A DNA stretch of 64,000 nt from Lama guanicoe. Taxonomy: Eukaryota. Each line of letters starts with the position of its first letter. Within the stretch, counting starts at the first letter, position 1. Location of the stretch: contig MU053934.1 in NCBI GenBank assembly GCA_013239625.1, positions 5,474,399 to 5,538,398 of the forward strand. The letters are read 5' to 3'. Both the position numbers and the translations under genes were made by a program. Positions 23,911 through 37,016 of this stretch are shown here, one piece after another. The notes under the pieces were generated by a model. It was not told the DNA's origin. It saw nothing but the letters and a program-made list of their open reading frames with translations, and did no database searches.

Positions 23911-26900
23911 TTGAATGGTAAAATACATATCACCAATCTAAAACCAAGGCAGGAGATTAGTACAAGAAGCTTTTTCAACTATGCAGATCTAATTTTAAAT
24001 GTTCTGTCCCGTTGTTCTCTAAGTATATTCGTATCTGTTGGATCATGAACAAAATGCGACTCAGAAATAAAGGTTCCTACAGGTGTAGATAAAAGTCCTT
24101 GTGGGTGACATTTCAAGTTTTTATTTACTCAACCTTTGGTGGATTGGAAGAAGGCACTTTCTCAAAAAGAATGCAAAACACAAAAATTCGGGTCATACAA
24201 AGTTCTCATCAGCTTTAATAACCAAACATGGATTTGTCAACGAGAATACAAGAAGTACAAGACAGCTATCTAGAGGATGCCAGGAAAAAGGAAAGGTAAA
24301 TCTCATGATCTTCAAAAATTTTGCATGGTATTCAACCTCTATCCATAACCAAAAAAATTATCCCCCATAAACAGATGACTAGCCCCAAATTTAGTCTGTA
24401 GTACCTAAAAGAGAAACAGAGAAATTCAGTGTACACTAGCTCTCATAAAAGAGCTAATGGTTTGCTCATTAAAGGAACAGGAGAGAAGGCGGCAAAAACT
24501 AGTAGCTGTGATCCAACTTACTCCTCTTTATACCTTTCAATGTCTTGCTTAGAGTCTCATTTATTGTAGGTACTTTATAAATATCTGCTGAATAATCATT
24601 TCCATACTGATCATGGCAGTGAACTGCAGGAAGTTACAAATGACTGCCTTGAAATAAAATTTTTAAGGTGAAGGATAAAACAAAAGGTCAAGAAAACAAG
24701 CCCCAAAATACTAGCTTCCTCTTAGAAACGTTTATGAATTTGAACTTGTTATCCATTAATTTATCTAACTTTTGTCTGTAGTGCCTTCCAAGTAATGCAT
24801 TTCATGTAATTACTATTATGAGTTAAATCCTTAATTTCCAAACTTCAAGAGGCACAGTTCTTAGCATATTAGTAAGTTCCCAACTTATAAATGGATTATA
24901 CTCCAAAAGCTTATCTGTAATTTGATCACTTGGAATATGGAACGTACTTTCCCACAGAAGCTATAAATTCTGAATTATGGCAAAATTCCCATGTTTGCCC
25001 ACAGAAGCCTATAAAGTAACTGAAATGCAATATATGTACAATGAGAAAAAGAAGCAAATGGCATTCAGCTCCCATCCTAGAGGCTCCTGAAAATAGGCCT
25101 TATGCAGTCACAGCCAGTTCTGAAACTCATTCAGACCTGAAAGTCTGATATCCGTGAGTATAAAGGGGTGGATATGTAAGGAACAGACAGCCAAAGAGCA
25201 ATACACCATTAAAGGAAGAAGCAAAGTAAGACCTGAGTTTTCCATTATGACACATTCATTCAATGTATGCCAGAATTCCTGTAGCTGGAGCCAAAGGGGA
25301 TGGGGTTAGATCATTAGAGAGGTTTTTCCAGGCTTCTCCAAGCCCAGGCTGGACAGGATCCATAGGTATATTGATTTTTATGTTTTAGACCTAAGTGCTC
25401 AACCTAGAAGAAGACAGAAAAGCAAAACTTAAAAATATACCTTGAAACTTCTCTTCCAACTTTTTCCAATTAGGCCAGTAAAGGCTAGGTTAACCAAAGG
25501 CACCTCCAATCATTCGGGTTCCAACTTCCTTTGTTTAGGAAATAGAGGTATCCTGACCTCACCTGCCCCCTGCTTCCTAAGGATCCCTGCTAAACTAACG
25601 AATTTCCATATGAGATACGCTTCTAAATGAAAGAGATCTGAAAAGAAGCAAATCTTCACTCCACCTTTTCAACACACAGGACACCACCCACAAAAAAGCG
25701 TCTCCTCTAACTCCAGAATTTATTTTACTCTAGAACATCACACTTTCTAATTTCATAATCCTCTCAAGGATTTTCCATTTCTGCTTTTACCTTTACCTCC
25801 CGACAAATACAAAGCAGATCTCATGTAAAATATAATAATGGTTTTCTTACCAGTACATCCAGGCTTTTCCCCCCTTTGACAGGAAGAAGTACCATTAAAG
25901 TGCACAAAAAGAAGGCCCAATTATGGCCAGGAAAACACTGCAACTAGACACTAACAATACTGTCCTTTAATCCAGATATTTACCTGATGGCTGCTGGATG
26001 GAATAAAACAGAAAACAATAAGATGTTTCACCAGGGAAACTGCTCTGCAACTTTCTAGCTTTCTTAACTTGATCAATAATTCCTATTTTCTCCCTATAAT
26101 ACAGAATCTGATTTTGACGGTTATTTTATTTTAGTGATTTCTGCTAAGCAATTAGTACTTCTGGGCCATTGACATATATTCCACCATATGAGATATTTTT
26201 CTGTAGTCATCAAACTTGTTACAGATTATTTCTTTATTAAGCACCTCTCCTTCCCTTCAGCATTGTTCTAATATCAGCATTTCACCACTATTTTCCTTTC
26301 TAATGTTGAATACAACTTCAACTTGGGGGAGGGGGTATTTTCTCTTGCTAAAATGATATTTATGTTGCATACACCATTATGTTTGTCAGTTTCAAGCATC
26401 CATATTCTCTTTTAAGCATGATCACAATTAATCCATTTGGGGCTCCTGGCAGTTAGGAAACCATTCTAGCAACTGAAGAGGCTGGCTCAGAGTACAGCTC
26501 AAACTAATGGAGACAGATGATCTAGATCAGAAGTTTTCAACTTGGGCTCTCTCGAAAGCTGACTGAGGGGCAGGAAGGATGCTTCTCCATTCAGGTTTCA
26601 TTCAACCAGAGCAGCTGTTTTACACAATGGGCTTATATATAAAATTTCAAATTTATAGAGACCTTCAACTTTAAAAAAAATAGTTAAAACGTCTGGTCTA
26701 ACAGTTTTATCACTAAAGAGAGTAAAATCTTACTCCACAAAACACTTTACCTACACAGGGATGGATCCAGAAAGTTTTTCTTTCAAATAATCTAAACCCT
26801 GATTAACAAGTTTTTTTTTTCTTTTCTTTCCAGCAAGAGTCAACAATCACTTTCTTAATTGCTTAAATCTAAGAAATCAACGTTTCAGTGAGTTAACAGT

Positions 26901-26967
26901 TCTGGTTTGAACATTCATTCATTTGCTCATACACCCAAAAAACATTTATCAAACACTAGACTCTGAG

Positions 26968-27125
26968 ACCTCGGTACTCAAAGTGTGGTCCTCAGACCAA
27001 CAGCATTGGCATCACCTGGACGCTGGTTAGAAAAGCAGACTCTCAGGTCTCTCCCAGGTCTACAGAATCAGAATCTGCACTTAACAAGCACCTTTGTTGA
27101 TTCAGTAGCACACTAAAGTTTTTGC
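26968..27125. mobile_element. MER5A-like MITE
   Basis: ctcaaagtgtggtcc...agcattggcatcacctgga...gaatcagaatctgcac. Confidence 0.75.
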
Positions 27126-27129
27126 CTAG

Positions 27130-30100
27130 GCACTAAGTTACTACTATAAATATGACAGATATAATCCCTACTTTCACGAAGCTTCTCATCTAGCCAAATA
27201 TAATAACAAGTAAGTAGATAATCATGCACAGGGTACTCTGGATGAACACAAACAGCAAACTCCTAACCCAAGCTGGAAGTCTGAGGAAGAAGCCCTGAAG
27301 GAAGTAGCACCTTCCCTGGTCCTTGACTAGATAGGCATGTTAGCCAGAAAAGGAGGAGGAAGGTCATTCCAGGAAGAAATAAACAGGACATGAAGTAGAA
27401 CTGAGATATGAAACTGTGTCTCTTATGGGAAACCCCAAATATTTTATTGTGAGTGAGAAGAGATGACGTGTGGGGCAGAAGCTGGCCATGAAGGTCTGCC
27501 AAGCTGAGGAGCATAAGGGAAGAAATGGGGAATCACTAAGTGATTTCAAGCAGGAGAGCAGTAACCTCATTTATGGTTCAGAAAGATCGTTTCAGTGGCC
27601 ATAGGGAAAAGGCTAGAAACAAGGGGAGAGCAGTTAGAAAGCCATCCTTGCAGTAATCCAAGCATGAACTAAGTGGCAGCTGTAGAAATGGCAAGAAAAA
27701 AATGAATTCAGCAGATATGAACATTGTGGAACCTTAAAAAATTGGCAACTGATGGCTGGGAGGAAAAGATGGAAGAGATAGAAAGGAGATGGAATTTAAA
27801 AATTACTTCTAAAAACAGTGTGTTATAATCTTTCTGGAGGACAACTTGGAAATGACTTTAAAAAATTAAAAACTTCATACCCAAACATGTTACTTTTGCA
27901 ATCAGAAGGACAAAGTGTTCTTTATGCCCTTATCTTTTTATCTACTTCTGAGAGTTTGTCCCACAGTTACTTGCACCAAGATTTATATACCAAGATGTTT
28001 ACTGCAGTATTATTCATAACATAAAAAACTAAAAAACAAGGTAAGGGTCTCACAGGAGACTGGCTAAATGCTGTGCATACACAACTTACACATCAAGCAG
28101 AGAAAAAATGGTTTCTAAACAGCTGAATGATACAGGAAAATCGCATGAAATAATACTACATAAAAATCATTTAAACAGAGTATACATGTATAAAAGTAAA
28201 CAAAAACTGGTAGAAAATCTATTAACTGCTGACATTGGCTATCACTGAACTGTATAATTAAGAGAGAAGTTTTATTTTCTTTTCTCCTTCACTTTATCTG
28301 ACTACAAAACAAACAAAACTCTTAAAGTTTTTACTCAGAAAGAAGACAAAACAAAATAAACCCCTGGTTTGAACCTCTGGGAAGAAGGTGGTGCGAATTC
28401 CTACCATGGGAATTCGGCAGGAATTGCAGGTAAGATGATGAGTTTAGCACTGAGCACACTGAGTCTGGGGCGCACCCAGTAAAGGTGTTCAACAGACAGC
28501 CAAGCATATGACTGGGGGGCAGGGAGGAAAGGGGAAACAGAGGTAAAAAATCAGGTCAGAGATGATACCAGGACCACGTCATAAGAACTGATTTCATTAG
28601 CCAGAGACTTGGCCTGGAGATATAACATGGAATCAACAGCACATAATGCTGGTTAAAGCCAGAGTTCTGAGGGAAACCACTCAAAGACACAGAGTAAGAG
28701 GTAAGGAGCCTGAGCGCTGAACAGGAGGGAGTAACAAAATTTAAGAGGGGGGTAGAGAAAGACAGCAAAAGGTCTAAACGGAAAAGGAAGTGACTAGGAA
28801 GACAGAGTTTACAGAGCCACTAAGAGTAAGGGTCACAGATGTCGGCGGAGGAAGTTTCTGGTCAGAGCGGGTGGCCAACCGTGTCAAATGCTGCAGAGAG
28901 GTCAAATAGAATACACAGTACCTATCTGACCTACAACAAAAAGGACACTAATGACTTTGGCAATAGCAGTTTCTGAAGAGAGGTAGGGACAGAAGCCAGA
29001 ATGCAGTGAAGTCTCTGGAATGTGGGAAAGTAAAAAGACGGTGACTGTAAACTACTTTCAGGAGCTTGACTACAAAGGGAAAACTGAAGAGTTGTTGCTG
29101 TTCAAAATGGAAAAAAAAATTCAGTTGATTTATATGCCAAAGAGTTGAGAGAGAAAGGCTGAAGATACACTAACACCCCTGCCTCAACAGCAACAGCTGC
29201 CTTCTACTCCACGGAGGCCAGCACAGCTGTCGGCTCCAATTTTCTCCACTTCGTGGCCAAGGCATTAGAGTTTTGTTGTTTGCTGTCTGTCATCACCTTT
29301 ACTGCCATGCCTCCCATCCCAGCAGAATGCTGGTCCTTCCTCGTGCGCAAGGCAGAGCCAGTACCCTTGGGTCCCATCCTCTTGCATCTCCCTGGAAACT
29401 TGCCCTATCAGTTATCCTTTTCTGTCTTCAGCTTTTCCCTCTGGACTCTTTTCCCTTAGCATATAAATAAGCTGAACTTCTGCCATCTTGGGGGAAAAAA
29501 GTAGAAATCAGAAATGGGAAAAAGGACAAAAAAAAAAAAACCCAACTACTTCAGTGTCCACTATTTCCCAAAATAAAAATGCTTGAGTTTCCATTACATT
29601 TCCACTATGGACGTAAAAGTTCTTACTTCTTAGTGGAAGTAAACCATTCATCTAATTATTCAACAAACATTTTCTGAGTGCCTACTATGAACTAGGAGAT
29701 GAATACACACTATGAACAAAGTCAGATTTCTGGCCTCATGTACTATCAAAGAGGGGGAATATAGACAATAAACATATATATATACACACATACAAATACA
29801 CACACAAACACAGGTCATTGTAAGTGCTGAGAAAAGAAAAACAAAGCAGGATAGAGAGTAATGGGAGGTGTTATTTTAGGTAAGACAGGCAGGAAAGAAT
29901 TCCCAGAGAACATGACATCCGTGCAGGAACTTCAGTGAAGGCACAGCAAGTATTAAGGCCCTGGGGCAGGAGCATACTTGATACATTCAGGAAATAGCAA
30001 GAAAGTCAGCATAGCTGGAACAGAGTAGAGTGAGCTGGAGGACTGAGGTAAGAGATCAGGTCAGAGGTGATGCCAGGGCCACGTCATAAGAACTATGATT

Positions 30101-30300
30101 TCATCATAAGCCTCATGGGAAGACATTGAAGGGTTCTGACAGCAGTGTGACACTGACTTCAGTTTTCAAAGGCCATTCATGTTGCCAAGCAGAGAACTCT
30201 AACTACAACACAGAGGGATGAAGCATGACAACGAAGGGCAGTTGGGCAAATCAAGACGGACACCTACCACTGAGTGTGAGGGAGTGATGCCTGAACAGAA
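27130..30300. mobile_element. Cluster of degenerate L2 fragments with minor L1 pieces
   Basis: L2 motifs gtgtcaaatgctgcagagaggtcaa and ttcaacaaacattttctgagtgcctactatg. Confidence 0.55.
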
Positions 30301-30469
30301 TACTGAGGGACAAGCAAGGGTCAGCAGGAAGGTGGCAGGGTGGCTAGGGTCCCCAAATAGAGTACACAGATGTAGAAAAGGCATAGGAGTATTTTTGGTT
30401 TTGTTTTTTGAAGTTGCAAATGTTTTAGTCTTTTGCTTATTTGAATTTTAAAAGGTTTGGTATTTCTAA

Positions 30470-32520
30470 TCCCCAATATTAAACGGTCAAAAATTATTTT
30501 ATAGAAATAAACCACTCATAAGTCTAACCCTAAAAAAGACACCAGGGAATAAACCTAATAAAATATCTGCATGACCTTTATGGAAAAAATTATAAAACCT
30601 GTGGATAGATATTAAAGAAGGCCTATTAGAGAGAGAAAACTAACAAATGACCGGATTCCTGCATTCTGTTGATACTTATTTGGTGGTTGGCTTTATTCCT
30701 TTGATAACTATGTAAGTTTAAAAAGCTAAAGTTCTAAACTGTTCTTAGAAACAATGAACAGTACATATATGTAAATTTTTTTAAATATCCAGACTAGATA
30801 AATCCAAAGAGAGAGAATGCCTACTGGTGGTTAACAGGCGCTGGGAGGAGGGTGCCAATAGAGGAAAAAGTGCTTAATGTGTACGAGGTTTTATTTTGGG
30901 TGATGGAAATGTTTTGGAACTAGACAGAATTGGTATTTGCACAACACTGTGAATGTACTGAATGCCACTGAATTGTTCATTTTAAAATGGTTTATTTCTA
31001 GACTTTGAATTTCACCTCGGTAAATTATTTAAATAAATAAATAATGAAATGCTCCCCTCCCACGCCAAAACTAACTAATGGACAAGAAGACCCAATATTT
31101 AAAATGCATATTCTCCTCATTAACCTATAAATGGTATGTTTCAAATCAAAATCCCAACAAGTACACCCAAAGACATGTACAAGAATTTCACAGTAGCATG
31201 ATTCATAACAGCTCAAAACTAAAACAAACCACCAAATATCCACCAAAAGTAAAAATGGAAAAATTACATTCATAAAATGGACTGATTCTACAGCAATGAA
31301 AATAAACTAAGCCACACACTGTTCAACACAAATTAATTTCAAAAACATAAAAGAAGCTACCAACAGAACACTGTACAGCATGATTCCATTTATATCAAGT
31401 TTAGAAACAAGCAAAACTAACCTATTGTATTAAAAATCAGGATGGTAGTTTCCTCTGGGCAAGAAGAGGGAGTTCTGATTGGAAGAAGCACAAGGGGTGG
31501 TTCTGGGTGCTGGAAACATTTTATTTCTTCGTTAAGCAGTAATTATGTACAGGTGTATTCACTTGGTGACAACCTAATAACCAGGATGCTGACAATTTAT
31601 GTGTTATTCTGTATCAACGCTACTCTTCAAGAAAATGGAAATATACTGATACCTGCAATTTACCTTGAAATGCATCCAAAAAATAAGGTAGACTGATAGA
31701 TAGGGGTATGGACTGATCTATTATAAAGCAAATATTACAAAATGCTAATGGCAGAATCTGAGTTGTGGATATAAAAGTGTTCATTGTAAATCTCTTTCTA
31801 CCTCATCATGTGTTTGAAAATTTTCATAATAAAATGTTGGAGAAAAAAATCCCAGTGGGTTTTCTTGTAGAACTTCACAAGCTGATTCTAAAATTAGGGA
31901 AAACTAAAAGGGCAAGATTAGCCAAAACAATTGTGAAGAAGGAAAAGGTAAGGAGAGACCTGTCCTAATGGACAGCAAGGCTAATTATTAAGGAACAATA
32001 AATAAAATGATGTAATGTGACAGAGGAGAACAGAGAGATCAGTAAACAGAAAAAGAGCCCCAAAACTAACTCCTGCACAGAGGGAAACAGAATAAAGCTG
32101 GCACTAGGGAAAAGTAGAACTAGTCAATAAATGGTGATTCACAGATTAGATTAGGAGAAAGTATAGAATATCTCTAATAACTCACGGGGAAAATAAATAT
32201 TGAATGATAAACACAACTTGCTGAAGAAAACAAATACAGTTCTTTCTGTCCAATTAATATATATTACATAAACATGTATATGGGTTTAAAAAAGGAGAAA
32301 TATTATATACTGTTTAGGAATATATTCATATGGTAAAAAAACAAACAAACAGAGAAATACTTGGTAATGAAATACCAAATTCGGGGTAGTGGTCACCTCT
32401 AGGGGTGGGTGAAAATTCATGGAGCATACATGAGTCGGATGGTACGTGAGGATACAAGTATTTGCTACACTACTCTTTATACCTTCTTTTAAATCTTAAA
32501 TATTTCATAACAGATTATAC
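30470..32520 (+). mobile_element. Cluster of old L1 fragments (L1MB 3' end ~30780-31030, L1ME pieces)
   Basis: gtgatggaaatgttttggaactaga...cacaacactgtgaatgtact and ttcacaagctgattctaaaatt. Confidence 0.7.
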
Positions 32521-33134
32521 ATCTTTTTAATTAACAAAAGTCATTGTTTTTTAAACGATGTAATAGTACATGGTTTGTACTAAAAAAGCAATTAACAGGC
32601 TGGAGCAAAGACTAGGGCTGAAGGAATACGAGAAGCTAAGGAAACAGAAAGAGACCAGATCCTGCAAAGCCTTGAAAAACATGTCCAGAAATTTATTTAT
32701 TTATTTATTTTTAATATATTCCATAGGACAGGCACTGGAAAGTATTCATCCAGGGAGTTCTGAAAGACTACCCTGACAAGGTATGGAACAGGGAAATTTC
32801 CTAATGCTGGAGCTTGTTTACCATTTAATCCCTAAACTTAGCACAGTGTATAATAACAGTGATGCTCAGTAAGTATTTGCTGAATTAACAAATTTATGGA
32901 AGGGTGAAGGAGGGAGAAGCAGAGAGGTACAGGAAGACAAGTTAGAAAGTCATTATGATAACCCAGGCAGGAATACTGGGCTTACAACGATCACCTCAAC
33001 TTATTTATTTCATAGGAAATATTAAGATTATACGAAACTCTCAAGAGACATAAAATAAAGTAAGGATCTATGACATTATAAACATGAAGACCTTGGTTCA
33101 AATCAGGCAAGTCATTAATTCCGTATCTACTCAC

Positions 33135-33375
33135 CATTCTTCCGCTCACTGAGTGGAGGCAAATTGGGATTCCGGCCAGGATGGAGGCCGAGGGTCAGCT
33201 CGGGCTGCAAGGAGAGCTCCTGCAGTTCATTGGCAACAGCTTCACTCTGGGGGCTGGGTGCCGCAGACAGGGACACCAGCACTGGTTCATCATCATTTTC
33301 GCCAGCCCCTCCTCTGTCCAGCCCATTCACAGCAATGACGGAAGGGGGCAGGCACACTACACTGGAGAAATCCAC
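33135..33375 (-). CDS. MRTFA: MRTF-A long isoform N-terminal coding exon (whole exon 33135-33396, 262 nt; 21-nt leader then GTG start)
   Basis: Translates (V/M)DFSSVVCLPPSVIAVNGLDRGGAGENDDEPVLVSLSAAPSPQSEAVANELQELSLQPELTLGLHPGRNPNLPPLSERKN, matching the MRTF-A N-terminal extension. Acceptor ttttgtttctccttccatttccag|G at 33397/33396; phase-1 donor AAT G|GTGAGT at 33135/33134. GC-rich island in an AT-rich intron. Confidence 0.96.
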
Positions 33376-33879
33376 CTTGGCTTTCGTGATGGCAACCTGG
33401 AAATGGAAGGAGAAACAAAAAGTTTAGATGCAAAACAGGGACTACTCTATTGAGTATATGCTGATTACTATTATAAGTTATATTACTGGCAAGCTACCGC
33501 TATTCTTAAAAGCTTTTTGTAAAGTAAGGTAGCATCTTTATTAAATTAATATTTACTATGATTACAGGGTGCATGAGATTTCAAGTCTGATACTGTCCTT
33601 GACTACATCACTTGGAAGGACAATGTACATACGACTGAAATAAATGCAACACTCACACACATGTATAATGGGATAAAAGGAAACAGTGGCCAAGGAGAAA
33701 CAGCTATGAGATAAATGTTACCTTCCAACTACTAAGAGAAAGCATCTGGAGAATTAATACTTAATGAGTACAAAGTATTAAAGTATCATACTATACCAAC
33801 ACAGTCTGGGGAGAAAATTTCTTATAGAAAACAATCCCAAGCCACCAGATTCCATAAAGAAATGTAAACAGAGATGGAT

Positions 33880-34450
33880 ATTAGCTCAGTTTTTCAAACA
33901 TTCTTATACAATTTTAAAGGTACTTTTCATTTACAGTTATTACAAAATATTGGCTATATTTCTCATGTTGTACAATACATCCTTGATCCTATCTTATACC
34001 TAACAGTTTGTACCTCCCATTCCTCCCCGCTTTTTGCCCCTCTCTCCCTCCTCACTGGTAACCACTAGTTTGTTCTCTATATTTGTGGGTCTGTTTCTTT
34101 TTTGTTATACTCACTAGTTTGTCATATTTTTTAGATTCCACATATAAGTGATACCATACAATATTTGTCTTTCTCTATCTGCCTTATTTCACTTAGCACA
34201 ATGCCTTCAAAGTCCATCTATGTTGCTGAAAATGGCAAAATTTCATTCGTTATTATGGATGAGCAGTATTCCACTGTATATATATGTGTGTGTGTATATA
34301 TATATATATACACACATACACACACGCACACATCTTCTTTATCCATCCATTAATGAACACTTAGGTTGCTTCTATATCTTGGCTATTGTAAATAATACTG
34401 CTATGAACATTGAAGTGCAAGTATCTTTTCAAATTTGTGGTTTTGTTTTT
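33880..34450 (-). mobile_element. L1 3' end (L1MA9/artiodactyl-like) with an internal (TA)/(TG)/(CA) microsatellite at ~34277-34332
   Basis: ttagattccacatataagtgata...tatttcacttagcacaatgcc. Confidence 0.85.
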
Positions 34451-35291
34451 TTAACTCAAATACTGTAACCTACTTGAATATTTAATCATAATACGCAGGA
34501 ATGGGATATTAAAAACAAAACATGGCAACATGAGAAAGAACAAGATCTTTAAAAATCACAAGGAATACAAATAACATGAAAGTCTTTTCAACACATGGGA
34601 ATTAAGGCAATTAAGACTGCACTGATCCACCAAATCCTGTGGAATTATTAAGAATAATTTATAATATAGAAAATGTTTGTTAAAATACAGAAAATGTTTG
34701 TCTGAAGTTAAATTTAAGAAAAGTAATATATAAAAACACATACTCATACAAAAATATTATACAGAGAAAAAAAAGACTATTAGGGAGTTTACCAAAACAC
34801 AAAATGAGTTTTCTTTATTGGACTATGAAAATTTTTACTTTCTTTAGTTTCCAATTATTCTCTAAAACACATATATTGCTTTTAAAATGAAAAAGCCATA
34901 GTTTCTAATTTAGGAATTCCCTACAGTCTTCAGTGAGGATTTTCATCTAATTTGCTTCAGATGAAGAAACCAACAAAATACTGGAAGGCCATGAATGAAG
35001 AAAGGCATTGAAAACTAAATTTAAAGACCATCACATTCTGCCTTTATGCTATATTGTGTCCAAATCTGACTATAAGTTCTGGTTGATCTTCATAAAATAT
35101 AAAATGGAATGGAAAAGATCCAGAAAAGAGCAATAAAAGATGGAGGGGTGACATTAAGAAGAATAAAGATATTAAGGGCTTTTTCCTCAAAAGGCTGACA
35201 GACACAGTGAGTGAGGCAAGTTCAAAAGAAAAAAAGGAACTCAATAGTCTAAGAGGTAGTATAGGCAAACATTAGGAAAATAATTTTTTAA

Positions 35292-35327
35292 GAGTTTGAA
35301 CAATTTTAGGAGTTTGAACAATTTTAG
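35292..35327. repeat. Perfect 18-bp tandem duplication gagtttgaacaattttag x2
   Basis: Seen directly in the sequence. Confidence 0.9.
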
Positions 35328-35659
35328 GAATTATAAAACAATAAATGTTTACTAAGAAAATCCAGAATCTAACCTCCAAAGAATTTTTTCCCATTTTGCC
35401 TATGACTTACCATCATTTAAGCCATGTCTCGAGTGTGTGTACTGGGAAAAAACTGTTATACATGGTTAATCCATCTGGCTTTCCTTTGCCACTGCCCTAA
35501 AAGAGTACATTTTAACACACACAGATGATGGCACTGAGATGTGAGGTTTTAAACAAAACACCCATAAGTGAGTCCTGAAGGAAAGCAGGACGACAGTACC
35601 AAAGCTTCAGCCCTAAAACCTATGAGAAGTAGCTTCACATACAGTAACAAGTTTTCAAT

Positions 35660-36190
35660 GAACAGTTTATACACACTGGAATATTATTCAGCCACAAGAA
35701 AAAATAGGAAATCCTGCCATTTGCAGCAACATGGATGGACTTCGAGGGCATTATGCTAAGTGACATAAATCAGAGAAAGACAAATACTGTATGATCACAC
35801 TTACATGTGGAATCTTAAAAACAGACAGACAGAAACAAAAACAAACTCTTAGAAAAAGAGATCGAATTTGTAGTTACTGGGGGGAGGGTAGGGGAACTGA
35901 ATGAAGGTACTAGTCAAAAGGTACAAACTTCCAATTATAAGGTAAGTAAAGTACACGACTCGAGTTAATAACACTGCTATATGGTATATTTGAAAGCTGT
36001 TAAGAGAGTAAATCCTAAGAGTTCTCAGCACAAGGAAAAAAACTTTTTTTGTATTTATATAAGATGATGGATGTTAACTAAACTTATTGCGGTAAACACT
36101 GCACAATATACGGAAGTCAAGCCATTAAGCTGTGCGCCTTACACTTGTACAGTGCTATACATTAACTATATCTCAATAAAACTATAAAAA
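35660..36190 (+). mobile_element. L1MA-like 3' end
   Basis: ggaatattattcagccac...gcagcaacatggatggac...tatatctcaataaaact. Confidence 0.85.
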
Positions 36191-36688
36191 ACAGTTGTTA
36201 AGACATTATGGATTATATGAGTTCATATCTCTCATTAAAAAATGGAGAAATTTAACTGAGATGGTAACAACTATGTAGGCAGTAGACAGATCCTGCAAAT
36301 AGTAACTGTACTTTAACAGCCAGTTGATAAATATTTGTCCAAAAAAGACAAGCAAATGAAAGATACCTAAAGATAACCCGAGGACCAAGGCAGGCAGATT
36401 TTGAGGAAAGTCTGAATGATATAAAAAGACTGCATGAAAGATACAGAAACACTAAGAAGAATGTTTGGAACTCAGGATAAGAACCAGTAACCCTCATTCC
36501 ATTTAAGTACTCCAGTTAAACTGCTGGGGTAGAATCATAGTTTCATATAAAAAGTTCTTAACCAAACAGCAAAGTTTCATTACTTCAGACTTAACTGATA
36601 GCTATGATACTATAATGAAGTCTGAGATTAAGAAAAATTGTATGCTACTTGGGGGAAGGGTAGGATAAAAGAGTGCCAGCAATTTTAT

Positions 36689-37016
36689 TTATTTGTTTAA
36701 TATATTTTTATTGAAGTATAGTCAGTTTACAATGTTGTGTCACTTTCTGATGTACAGCACAATACTTCAGTCATACAGGAATATACATATTTTTTTCATA
36801 TTCTTTTTAACCGTAAGTTACTACAAGACATTGAATACAGTTCCCTATTGTTTATCGGATTTTGTGAGAATCCTGTTATTTTGAAACAAGAGACACTCTG
36901 CCAGAGTTCAGTAGTGTTGTGTGCAATTCAGCGGGTTTTTAGATGTAATTCTTGGTGTATTTGTGAGAGACGGCGAGCTGTAGTCTCTCTACTCGCCATC
37001 TTGGCTCAACCTCCCA
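36689..37016 (-). mobile_element. Bipartite mini-L1: L1-like 5' end fused to an L1 3' tail
   Basis: Minus strand begins gggaggttgagccaagatggcg and ends in an L1 tail with AATAAA and an A-rich end; TSD ccagcaattttat at 36676-36688 and 37017-37029. Confidence 0.75.

Noticed and set aside
25917..25926. Other perfect CArG boxes (25917; also 1535, 51493 and 57522)
   Set aside because: The count is about what chance gives in AT-rich DNA; two lie inside L1 sequence and none has promoter context.
33153..33453. Three plus-strand ORFs overlapping the exon
   Set aside because: They are antisense shadows of the GC-rich MRTFA exon with no independent support.
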